This document shows, piece by piece, positions 10,091 through 18,998 of a DNA stretch of 64,000 bases (positions are counted from its first letter, which is position 1; each line of letters begins with the position of its first letter). The notes below the pieces were generated by a model, which saw only the letters and a program-made list of their open reading frames with translations, was not told the origin of the DNA and searched no databases. Where the stretch lies: contig CAYNFQ010000001.1 in the NCBI GenBank assembly GCA_964396715.1, positions 21,037 to 85,036 of the forward strand, in the 5' to 3' direction. The translations under genes were made by a program, and so were the position numbers. The stretch is from an uncultured Gammaproteobacteria bacterium. Lineage in GTDB: Bacteria; Patescibacteriota; Microgenomatia; Daviesbacterales; UBA10151.

Positions 10091-11531
10091 TATTGGTATT
10101 TGCTCCTGAGCAGGCATCTTTCATTAACTCATGCGAGGGGATTTCTTGAGGCGTAATTACTCCGATGTGGCCAAACTTAACTTTTACCTCCGCTTTTGCA
10201 TATTCATCAGGGATTACTATGGAATAAACCGGACTGCCTCTGCCCGCAACGGCAATATGGGCGTTTTTTAAATAGAAAAAGTAGCGAAAACCCGTATTCT
10301 CCCCAAAAGAGGTAATATAATTTATGGAAAAGCAGGGGAATTTTTTAACCCTTGCATCATCAACAATAAAGTCAACAACACTTTTTTTCTCCAGATAACC
10401 CTTGTTGTAATAGTTTTGTGTTGTAAGAAAATAAAAATTTTTAAGAGGTATTAACAAAAGTAACGCCAATACCAAAATTTCTTTTTTAAATCGTCTCAAC
10501 AGATAATAAAACGCCAGAGCAATACCTGCAATAAACATTACGTTTGTATTGGTAAAATAATATTCCGAAACAGGAGCAGAAGACAGGGAAAAAAATAAAA
10601 TGGGGCCAATGATCCAGGCATAAAGGGAAACTGTTTCTTTAAAAGAGATTAATTTTGTTTTTATTAACAATATTCCCGATAATAAAAATGCTGCTGTAAA
10701 TAATAAATTGTTTGTTAAATTGAAGGAATTTGGCGCAAAAAGCAGCTGATTGATATTTTTAGTAATCATTCCCAAAACAAGCTGGATTCTATAAAATCCG
10801 GTTGGTCCGCCTTCTTGGCGGAAAGTAAAATTTTCAATTAAGCTCAAGGTTTGAATAAAGTTATGTTTGAATTCAAATAAAATTAAAGGTATGGATGTTA
10901 TAAAAAGAGAAATCAAAAATATTGATATTTGTTTAAAATTCGGAATTTTTCTGGATAAAAATATTGCGGCAGGGACTGCCAAAAGGGTGGGGATTAAGGC
11001 AATATGAATATGCCAGATAAGTCCAATTAAAATCCCCAGCAACCAAAATATGTAAAATTTTCCGCGGGAGAGCATGATAAGTGTATAAAAATACCAGACA
11101 GCCCAAAGTGATGTTGTGATGGTTGGGACAACCCAGCGGTCTGAACCAACTGAAGTCAGAAGCACTGCGTATAAGAATGCCCCTATTAAGCCCACTCCTT
11201 TTTTAAAAATTCTGGAAAAAACCCAGTAGTAACTTATTGTTGTTGTCAAACCTAGTAAAATTGCGAATAAAGCTGCCCCAATAGGATCCATGCGGGTTAT
11301 CATAAAAAAGGGGATTAATAAATAATAAAAGATGGGTCCGATATAAATTCCCGGGGCAGAAGTCAGCTGACCAATCAGTCTGGGGTGGTGATTTATTACT
11401 ATATCCTTAACAATCCAGGAATACAAATCTCCATCATGGGCAAATTCAAACCGCTCCACCACCTGATAAGTTCTGAAAAAAAATGATAAAAGAAGGATGA
11501 AACCCAAAAGTAAAATTTGAGATCGTATCAT
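10059..11531 (-). CDS. GT-C fold polytopic membrane glycosyltransferase-like protein ('DxxD/RD...GPxYYY' paralog family)
   Basis: 490 aa, 10 or more TM helices. The first extracytoplasmic loop reads FAHDGDLY...IGQLTSAPGIYIGPIFYYLL, and the C-terminal extracytoplasmic domain resembles that of the 13278, 15529 and 17012 genes. Confidence 0.6.
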   Translation of the reverse strand: MIRSQILLLGFILLLSFFFRTYQVVERFEFAHDGDLYSWIVKDIVINHHPRLIGQLTSAPGIYIGPIFYYLLIPFFMITRMDPIGAALFAILLGLTTTISYYWVFSRIFKKGVGLIGAFLYAVLLTSVGSDRWVVPTITTSLWAVWYFYTLIMLSRGKFYIFWLLGILIGLIWHIHIALIPTLLAVPAAIFLSRKIPNFKQISIFLISLFITSIPLILFEFKHNFIQTLSLIENFTFRQEGGPTGFYRIQLVLGMITKNINQLLFAPNSFNLTNNLLFTAAFLLSGILLIKTKLISFKETVSLYAWIIGPILFFSLSSAPVSEYYFTNTNVMFIAGIALAFYYLLRRFKKEILVLALLLLIPLKNFYFLTTQNYYNKGYLEKKSVVDFIVDDARVKKFPCFSINYITSFGENTGFRYFFYLKNAHIAVAGRGSPVYSIVIPDEYAKAEVKVKFGHIGVITPQEIPSHELMKDACSGANTNITDPLFGYVE

Positions 11532-11553
11532 ACAGATGTTAAACTATCACACC

Positions 11554-12306
11554 ATGACAGTTCGCGCAATCAAAACAAGAAAATTCTTGCCACCCAAGGA
11601 TCATCTTTGGGATCTCCTGGATTGTATAAAATCATTAAAAGAAGATTCTGTGGTTGCCGTAACCAGTAAAGTTGTCTCAATCGGGGAAGGCAGATGTATT
11701 CCATTTGCAGATTCGACCAAAGATGAGCTGGCAATAAAAGAAGCTGATAGATATATCCCAAGAGCAAAGTCTCCTGGTGGTCATATACTGCATACAATTA
11801 AAAATAATATGCTGATTGCCTCATCCGGAGTTGATGAAAGTAATGGTGATAAATTTTTTATCCTTTGGCCGAAAGATCCGGCAAATTCAGCAAAAAAAAT
11901 ATGGCAATTTTTAAAGAATAAATTTAAGCTAAATTATTTAGGGGTTATCATTACTGACTCAAGGCTTGTACCCCTAAGACGGGGAGTTGTTGGAATTTCA
12001 ATCGGCTACTTTGGTTTTAAGCCATTAAAAGATTATAGAGGGAAAGTAGATTTATTTGGCAGAGAGTTTAAGATGGAGACATCCAATATGCCGGACAGTC
12101 TGGCAACAGTTGCTGTTTTGGAAATGGGGGAAGGTTCGGAAAGCCAACCGATTGCAATTATTGAAGATATTCCCGACATTGAATTTATTCAGAGAGAGTA
12201 TAAGCCAAAATCCCCTGATGACGGTTTTGAAATTGATGAAAAAGAAGATATGTTTTATCCATTTTTATCCTCTGTTAAATGGAGAAAAGGCGGGAGCGGA
12301 AAATAA
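11554..12306 (+). CDS. CofE-like F420-0:gamma-glutamyl ligase family protein
   Basis: VVAVTSKVVSIGEGR and LGVIITDSRLVPLRRGVVGISIGYFGF match the CofE/FbiB N-domain fold. The ATG at 11554 is preferred over the one at 11536. Confidence 0.55.
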   Translation: MTVRAIKTRKFLPPKDHLWDLLDCIKSLKEDSVVAVTSKVVSIGEGRCIPFADSTKDELAIKEADRYIPRAKSPGGHILHTIKNNMLIASSGVDESNGDKFFILWPKDPANSAKKIWQFLKNKFKLNYLGVIITDSRLVPLRRGVVGISIGYFGFKPLKDYRGKVDLFGREFKMETSNMPDSLATVAVLEMGEGSESQPIAIIEDIPDIEFIQREYKPKSPDDGFEIDEKEDMFYPFLSSVKWRKGGSGK

Positions 12307-12317
12307 GGGTATAGCGT

Positions 12318-13244
12318 TTAGGGTATAGGGTTTAGTTTTTTAAAAAAATCAATTGTTCTTTTCAATCCTTCCTCCAGACCTACTTTTGCCTCCCAACCTA
12401 ACTCTGTTTTTAATTTTTGGGCAGATGCAACTAATTCTGGTACATCTCCTTTTCTATCTCCTTTATCCTCAATTGGAACTTCATACCGGACAATTTCAAA
12501 AATCTTTTTTACAACATCGGCAACTTTGGAGCCGGTTTCAGTTCCTACATTATATATCTGAAGACCTGACTGATTCAGAGGTAAAACGTGGGCTTGAGCC
12601 AGGTCATCAATATAAATAAAATCTCTCACTTGCTCTCCTTTCCAAAAAAGTGGAATTGGTTGTTTGGTGAGCGTAGCCCTCACAAAATTCGGAATGGCGT
12701 GTGTTTCCGGAATATGTTCCTCCCCAGGGCCGTAAGGGTTAAAATAACGCAAAATAGTTACATCAAATCCGAAAAGTCTGTGGTACAAAATACAAAACTG
12801 CTCCATTGTCACTTTAGTGATGCCGTAGGGATTTTCCTGCTCTCCTAAAGGGTCATCTTCTGTGATAGGTAATTTTTTGGGAGTACCGTAAACACAGGCG
12901 CTTGAGGAAAAGATCATCTTTTTCACCCCTGTTTTTTTCATTACTTCCAAAAGTTTTACGGTTCCCAGAATATTATTTTCAGTAAACTCAACAGGTCTTT
13001 TGACAGATTCACCTACCTCTATTAAAGAGGCCATATGGATAACCGCATCATGTCCTGTTAAAATTTCCTCAAGTTTGGCTTGGGCGGAGAGATCTACCTG
13101 GTGAAAAGTTGCTCTTGGATCAACGGAGTCTTTGTTGCTATGAGAAAGATTATCAACAATGCTGACAATATGACCCTGCTCCAAAAGCATTTTGGCAACA
13201 TGAGAGCCAATAAATCCGGCACCACCAGTCAGAAGTATCTTCAT
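12318..13244 (-). CDS. galE: NAD-dependent sugar epimerase, UDP-glucose 4-epimerase-like
   Basis: GGAGFIGSH Rossmann motif and a YxxxK catalytic region. 308 aa, GalE-like. Confidence 0.75.
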   Translation of the reverse strand: MKILLTGGAGFIGSHVAKMLLEQGHIVSIVDNLSHSNKDSVDPRATFHQVDLSAQAKLEEILTGHDAVIHMASLIEVGESVKRPVEFTENNILGTVKLLEVMKKTGVKKMIFSSSACVYGTPKKLPITEDDPLGEQENPYGITKVTMEQFCILYHRLFGFDVTILRYFNPYGPGEEHIPETHAIPNFVRATLTKQPIPLFWKGEQVRDFIYIDDLAQAHVLPLNQSGLQIYNVGTETGSKVADVVKKIFEIVRYEVPIEDKGDRKGDVPELVASAQKLKTELGWEAKVGLEEGLKRTIDFFKKLNPIP

Positions 13245-13277
13245 TCTAAGGATTTTATTTTAGCATATAATAAAAAT

Positions 13278-14816
13278 ATGTTTGTAATAAATAGACAAAG
13301 ATTAATTATTCTGTTAACACTTTCGCTAATTTTTACATTTGGAGTTTTCTTAAGATATAAAAATATTGCAGGCTACAATATAGTATTTGATTATGACCAA
13401 ATCGAAGACCAACTTTATACCTATACTATTGCTTTGGATCGGAATTTAGCAATTATCGGACGGGCTGTTTACGGTGATCCCCACCTTCATCACGGAGTAT
13501 TTTATTATTACTATAATCTGATTCCATTCTTACTTTCCTCTGGAAACTTCTTAATCAGTGTTTATTGGAACATTTTTTTTAATGCATCAAGCGCTCTGAT
13601 TCTTTTTATTTTTGCAAAACTGATTTTTAAGAAAAGTCTGCCCGCACTTCTGGCTGCAATTATTGCCGCCTCATCCTTTGAATTTATTAAATTTTCCAAT
13701 TGGTTAACAATTGATACGGTGGCAATAATTTTGGTGCCTCTTTTTTTCCTTGGACTTTGGAATTATTACGAGCACAAAAAATGGGGCCTAATTTTATCTG
13801 CCGTAACTGGGGGACTATCCATACAGACTGATCTATCATTTTTATATCTCATACTAATTTTAATAATTTATTGGTTCGTTTTCAGACCGAAAATTCCAGA
13901 CTTAAAATTACTTCTTTTATCAGCCTTAAGCTTTTTAGTTGTAATTTCAACATTAATTCTTACAGAGATTAAACTGAATTTTGCAGGAGTAAAAACTTTA
14001 CTTAACTTTTCCAATATTTCTGAAGCAACCAGTTTATCTTATACAGAAAGATTACATTTATTCTTTGAGGATTTTTTAACAAACTTTACTAATAATTTAT
14101 TTCCACAAAAACCGGAGCTTGGTATTTTTTTGGCTGGTGCTGTTATTTTAACTCTTGCTTACTTCTTATTTTCAAATAAAACCCCAAGACAAGAAAAAAA
14201 GGGGATCTACTTCTTACTGATATACCTTTTTGCCCCGGCAACTACATTGCTCATTGGATATCATGATAAACCATGGTTTTTAATCGGGTTACCGCCGGCC
14301 ATAGCTTTAATTTCCGGATATGCTATTTCAAAATTGAATAATCTATACCTGATAATACCAATAATATTTCTGATTATTGGCAGCAACACCAATATAATTT
14401 TGCAAAGACCGAACGAAGCTTATAAATTATTTGACAATATTTACGACTCAACCTCATATCTTAAATACCAACTACAAGTTGTTGACTATACCTATTTGGC
14501 ATCAGGAGGACAACCGTTTGCCATCAATGCGGTTACCTACCCTCTTTATTACAATGGCATGTGGGCATATCTTTATTCATGGTATGGGAAGAGTCGTTAT
14601 CAATATCTACCTGGATGGCTTGGTGGGGATCAACTCCATCCTTATGACCTTCTCCCTAAAGTTAATGAGGAAAAAATCTTTTATATGATTATTAGTGAAA
14701 CTGCAAGGATACCAGATATCTATAAAAATCAGGGGAAATTTTGGGCTCTTAAGAGAGGAAAATTAATTGAGGAAAAAATCTTTACCGGCTTTACAGTATT
14801 GAAAATGGAAAAATAG
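13278..14816 (+). CDS. GT-C fold membrane glycosyltransferase-like protein (paralog family A)
   Basis: Polytopic. Loop motif DYDQIEDQLY...GDPHLHHGVFYYYYNLIP, and a C-terminal domain GGQPFAINAVTYPLYYNGMWAYLYSWYGKSRYQYLPGW shared with the 15529 and 17012 genes. The ATG at 13278 is chosen because the 13080 start would overlap galE. Confidence 0.6.
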   Translation: MFVINRQRLIILLTLSLIFTFGVFLRYKNIAGYNIVFDYDQIEDQLYTYTIALDRNLAIIGRAVYGDPHLHHGVFYYYYNLIPFLLSSGNFLISVYWNIFFNASSALILFIFAKLIFKKSLPALLAAIIAASSFEFIKFSNWLTIDTVAIILVPLFFLGLWNYYEHKKWGLILSAVTGGLSIQTDLSFLYLILILIIYWFVFRPKIPDLKLLLLSALSFLVVISTLILTEIKLNFAGVKTLLNFSNISEATSLSYTERLHLFFEDFLTNFTNNLFPQKPELGIFLAGAVILTLAYFLFSNKTPRQEKKGIYFLLIYLFAPATTLLIGYHDKPWFLIGLPPAIALISGYAISKLNNLYLIIPIIFLIIGSNTNIILQRPNEAYKLFDNIYDSTSYLKYQLQVVDYTYLASGGQPFAINAVTYPLYYNGMWAYLYSWYGKSRYQYLPGWLGGDQLHPYDLLPKVNEEKIFYMIISETARIPDIYKNQGKFWALKRGKLIEEKIFTGFTVLKMEK

Positions 14817-15473
14817 ATGAGTCAATCGAGTAAGTTAAGAAACCATAAGCTATATCAGATTTGGAGTCAGGTGCCGGTGACCTACTATCAGCAGGGTGTG
14901 GAAAATAATCTTTTCCAAAAACTTTGGCATTCCCATAAAATTAATCTTGCCAAAAATATACTGAACAACCTCAATTTTAAAAATTGTCTTGATGTTGGCT
15001 GCGCCAGCGGCTTTATGATTTCAGAAATAGCTGCAACATTTCCTAAGGCAAACTATTTCGGTATTGATATTTATGATGAGGCGATTAAATATGCCAGGAA
15101 AACCTACCCCTCTATAGAATTTAAAGTTGCTTCCGCTGCAAAGCTACCTTTTAAAAATAATTACTTTGATCTGATCTTATTTTATGAAACGATTGAGCAT
15201 GTAGAAAACCCTAAGGAATGTTTAAGGGAAATTAAAAGAGTTTTAAAAAAAGATGGAATTTTGATTCTGACGATGGATTCCGGTAGTTTACTGTTTAGAC
15301 TAGTTTGGTTTATTTGGGAAAAGTCAAAAGGCAAAATTTGGAAAGGGGCTCATTTGCACCCTTTTCATCATAAAGCACTTGAGCAGATTATAGGAGATGC
15401 CGGTTTTAAAATAAGAGATAAGATATTTTCTTTTCTGGGGATGGAGGTTACCTTTGTATTAAGCAAACAATAG
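14817..15473 (+). CDS. class I SAM-dependent methyltransferase
   Basis: LDVGCASG motif I and a Methyltransf_11-like layout. Its ATG overlaps the upstream stop. Confidence 0.8.
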   Translation: MSQSSKLRNHKLYQIWSQVPVTYYQQGVENNLFQKLWHSHKINLAKNILNNLNFKNCLDVGCASGFMISEIAATFPKANYFGIDIYDEAIKYARKTYPSIEFKVASAAKLPFKNNYFDLILFYETIEHVENPKECLREIKRVLKKDGILILTMDSGSLLFRLVWFIWEKSKGKIWKGAHLHPFHHKALEQIIGDAGFKIRDKIFSFLGMEVTFVLSKQ

Positions 15474-15528
15474 TCAGCAGAGTGTTGCAAGTTGCATTTT
15501 CCAATACGATTAGTATATCTTGATTGCG

Positions 15529-17019
15529 ATGTTCAAAATTACAATTTTACTGCTAATAATTTTATCCTTTATCTTAAGAACCCTTTTTATCCCCCAGGGG
15601 TCAGTTTCTTTTCACTACGATATGGCCAGAGATGCATTTTTGGCTTTGCAGATTTGGAACAACTTTGATTTAAAAATCATCGGGCCGCCAACATCCACCC
15701 CCGGTCTGTTTCACGGCCCTTTATATTATTATCTTTTAGCTCCCCTTTATGGTTTGGGAAAGGGTGACCCGAGAGTTGCTGCCTTTTTCTTGTCATTTTT
15801 AAATTCCTTAGCTGTTATTCCGATCATGCTGCTGGCAAAAGATTTGTTTAAAAATTTAAAACTTGTCATTTTGGCAGGAGCTCTTTTTGCCCTGTCCTTT
15901 GAGGCAACTCAATATGGCCCTTGGCTGTCAAATCCCTCACCTGCTGTTTTAACGGTTGTCTTATTTTTTTATTTTTTAAGAATTTGGCAAAAGGGTAAAT
16001 TGTCAGGTTTGTATTTTGCCGCATTAATGGCTGTTTTTTCTTTTCAATTCCAATTTTTCCTTATTTATCTTTTATTGCTGATACCCTTATTTGGATATAT
16101 TTTTAAAATCAAACTAAACCTTAGACAAATATTTATTTCATTACTGATTATTTTTTTGGGACTGGGCACATTTATTATTTCAGCTGTTAAATTTAAAACA
16201 GTACAATCCATTTTTTCGGGTTTTTTAAATATTACCACGTCTTCGCAGATTGATTTCAGGTCTCAATTTAGTGATCTTTTATTAAACTATATAGATAGAT
16301 TTACGGAAATTTTTATTTATAATTTTTTCCCGACTAATGTATTTTTAGGAGGGTTGTTGGCAATTTTAGTGCTACTCTTTTTAAGAAAGGGAAAGTTCAT
16401 ACTTTTCATTTTATTTTCAAATCTGCCAATTTTTATTTTCGGGGGACACAGCAATACTTACGTCAATGTGGGGCTTTTATCTGGTGCAATTTTAGCTGTA
16501 ATTAATTTAATAAAACTTACTGCTAAATGGAGTAAATTATTTCCCGCTATCTTAATAGGAGTAATTTTTTCTTCAAATCTGTACGCTTTCTTTAAAAATG
16601 CCCCCCTAGGACAGATTATTTTAGTAATACCTAATGATATGGTTTTAAAAAATCAAATGAAATTAATAGACTTTACTTATGAAAAGGCCGAAGGCCAGTC
16701 TTTTTCAATCAATACCCTAACACTGCCTCTTTGGACTAATACTACATGGGCCTATTTATATTCCTGGTATGGTCAGAAAAAATTTGGATATTTGCCAAAA
16801 TTTTATGGACATGATCAAATAGGGCTTTTAGGAAATAAAGTTTTGGAAAAAGTAGATAAACCCCTTGATAAAACCTTCTTTATTATAGAGCCTCATGTTG
16901 GCATCCCGGATAATATTTATCATCTGGAAATTGGATCCGAAGATAGCAAAAGTGAGTTAATTTCTGAGGAAAAATTTGGAGATTTAAGAGTTCAGGAAAG
17001 AAAGCCAATAAATGAATAA
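15529..17019 (+). CDS. GT-C fold membrane glycosyltransferase-like protein (paralog family A)
   Basis: HYDMARDAFLAL...IGPPTSTPGLFHGPLYYYLL, plus a C-terminal AEGQSFSINTLTLPLWTNTTWAYLYSWYGQKKFGYLPKFYGHDQ domain. Confidence 0.65.
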   Translation: MFKITILLLIILSFILRTLFIPQGSVSFHYDMARDAFLALQIWNNFDLKIIGPPTSTPGLFHGPLYYYLLAPLYGLGKGDPRVAAFFLSFLNSLAVIPIMLLAKDLFKNLKLVILAGALFALSFEATQYGPWLSNPSPAVLTVVLFFYFLRIWQKGKLSGLYFAALMAVFSFQFQFFLIYLLLLIPLFGYIFKIKLNLRQIFISLLIIFLGLGTFIISAVKFKTVQSIFSGFLNITTSSQIDFRSQFSDLLLNYIDRFTEIFIYNFFPTNVFLGGLLAILVLLFLRKGKFILFILFSNLPIFIFGGHSNTYVNVGLLSGAILAVINLIKLTAKWSKLFPAILIGVIFSSNLYAFFKNAPLGQIILVIPNDMVLKNQMKLIDFTYEKAEGQSFSINTLTLPLWTNTTWAYLYSWYGQKKFGYLPKFYGHDQIGLLGNKVLEKVDKPLDKTFFIIEPHVGIPDNIYHLEIGSEDSKSELISEEKFGDLRVQERKPINE

Positions 17020-18508
17020 ATTGATTATTCTTATTTTAATATTGGGAACTATCTATAAACTTTTAATGACTTGGCATGGAAACTTTCTTTTTAATATGGA
17101 TAACGCACGGGATATGGTAGATGTAAGGGAGATGGTGGTTTTGGGTAAGTTAAGGTTGATAGGTCCGACTTCGGCAATTGAAGGTTTGTATAATGGCCCG
17201 GCCTGGTATTACCTTTTAACAATACCCTTCATAGTTTCAGGAGGAGATCCTTATGCCTCAATTATGATGGAGATAATTTTATGGGCAATCGGGGGATTTT
17301 TTCTTTTAAAAATTATCTCCCAATGGTCAAAATGGCTGATTATACCAATAGGTTTTGTGTGGATTGCATCTGACTATATTGGTCTTACCACCCAGTATGC
17401 TTTTAACCCGAATCCCGTACCTCTTCTCAGCCCGCTTTTCATATACCTGCTTTATAAATATTTACAAACAAATAAATTGGTCTTAATCTCATCAGCCTTT
17501 TTTCTGGGCGGATTATTTTTTAATTTTGAGATGAATTTCGGGTTATTTATTCCTCCAATAATTTTTATAACTACTTTAATAACTAAAAGAAATCTTTTAA
17601 AAACTCAAAATTTCTGGCTGGGTTCCTTATTCTTTCTACTTTGTTTATTGCCACAAGTCCTGTTTGAAGTTAGACACAATTTTTTTATGACAAACGCCAT
17701 AATAAATTATCTAAGAAATATAGATGGAAGTTATAATTTGATTCTTCGCTCACAGTCTCTTTTTGAAAGTTTCTTAGGTGTATTTTCTGCAACTTTGATG
17801 AATCATAAAACTTTTACTCTGTTAATATTAATTTTTCTAATTCCCGCTACTGTTAATGCTTTTAAAAAGAAAGAGCTGTTAATAGTAGTCTCCGCAGTCT
17901 ATATTCTCCTTCCTTTTCTCTTTTACCTTTTTTTGCCGGTGAGTGTAAATGCCTGGCACTTGGGAGCAGAAGCAGCGGCTTTGGTGATTTTAATCGGTTT
18001 TTTAATTAAGACACTTTGGGATTTAAGCCTTAAAGGAAAATTAATAGCCATGATAGTTGCCATTATTTTAATTATTTATTCCCTGTCAAATATTTCTAAC
18101 TTTTTATTTAGAGACAGATTTAGGGAAAACAGTGACCCGTCTTTGTATAAAAATGAATTGGGGGCAATAGATTATGTTTACCAATATGCAAATGGACAAA
18201 ACTTTAAAGTTTATACATACCTGCCTTCAGTTTATGATTATCCATACCAATACCTTTTTTGGTGGTATGGCAATAAAAAGTACGGGTTTATTCCGGCAGA
18301 ATATGTTTATTCCCCTAATAAACCAAGATATATACCTTCCCAGGAAAAGTTTCAAGGCAAAAAAGAAAATATATCCGGCTTGGTTTTTTTAATTAAAGAA
18401 CCGGACAGAATAAAAATGAGACAGGCCTGGGAAAATGATTTTAAGGATATGGAATTTATTTCCAAAGAGTGGGTTGGTCCGCTGGAGGTGGAAATTAGAA
18501 AAGAATAA
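17012..18508 (+). CDS. GT-C fold membrane glycosyltransferase-like protein (paralog family A)
   Basis: NMDNARDMVDVRE...IGPTSAIEGLYNGPAWYYLL, plus a C-terminal ANGQNFKVYTYLP...WWYGNKKYGFIP domain. An 8-bp overlap couples it to the upstream paralog. Confidence 0.65.
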   Translation: MNKLIILILILGTIYKLLMTWHGNFLFNMDNARDMVDVREMVVLGKLRLIGPTSAIEGLYNGPAWYYLLTIPFIVSGGDPYASIMMEIILWAIGGFFLLKIISQWSKWLIIPIGFVWIASDYIGLTTQYAFNPNPVPLLSPLFIYLLYKYLQTNKLVLISSAFFLGGLFFNFEMNFGLFIPPIIFITTLITKRNLLKTQNFWLGSLFFLLCLLPQVLFEVRHNFFMTNAIINYLRNIDGSYNLILRSQSLFESFLGVFSATLMNHKTFTLLILIFLIPATVNAFKKKELLIVVSAVYILLPFLFYLFLPVSVNAWHLGAEAAALVILIGFLIKTLWDLSLKGKLIAMIVAIILIIYSLSNISNFLFRDRFRENSDPSLYKNELGAIDYVYQYANGQNFKVYTYLPSVYDYPYQYLFWWYGNKKYGFIPAEYVYSPNKPRYIPSQEKFQGKKENISGLVFLIKEPDRIKMRQAWENDFKDMEFISKEWVGPLEVEIRKE

Positions 18509-18530
18509 ATTGATATAATGATTTAAATCA

Positions 18531-18998
18531 TTAAAGCGAGCCATGAAGTGTAATTTTTCTGGTAGTAGTATTAACCACTTTCAGATAGATTTTAATAACC
18601 TCTTTCGGTAATAAATTTTTGATTTTATCTGCCCACTCTATTAAGACAATATTTTTGGGGTCTGACCATATTTCTTCCAGCCCCAGTTGTTTTAAGTCTT
18701 TCATATTATTTAGGCGATACAAATCAACATGAAAAAGAACCTTGTTATTATCTGGGATTTTATGCTGGCGGATTAAGACAAAAGTGGGGGAGATAATTTT
18801 TTCTTTAATCCCCAAACCCTTTGCAAATCCCTGGACAAAAGTAGTTTTTCCGGCACCCAACTCTCCTGTTAAAGCCACAATATTACCATGGTGAGCCACT
18901 CGGCCCTGAGCTCGTGGCCGAAGGGATTGTTGCATCCATTTTGCCAAACTTTCAGCTACTTTCTTTGTTTCTTTTTCCGAATTTGTTATATATTGCAT
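18531..18998 (-). CDS. tsaE: tRNA t6A37 threonylcarbamoyladenosine biosynthesis ATPase TsaE
   Basis: GELGAGKTTFVQGFAKGLGI Walker A, then SPTFVL ... HVDLYRL, diagnostic of the TsaE/YjeE family. Confidence 0.85.
   Translation of the reverse strand: MQYITNSEKETKKVAESLAKWMQQSLRPRAQGRVAHHGNIVALTGELGAGKTTFVQGFAKGLGIKEKIISPTFVLIRQHKIPDNNKVLFHVDLYRLNNMKDLKQLGLEEIWSDPKNIVLIEWADKIKNLLPKEVIKIYLKVVNTTTRKITLHGSL

Noticed and set aside
12306-12345. Tandem GGGTATAG ... GGGTATAGGG motif at the convergent junction between the CofE-like gene and galE
   Set aside because: Only two short copies. Most likely chance similarity in a short convergent intergenic region.
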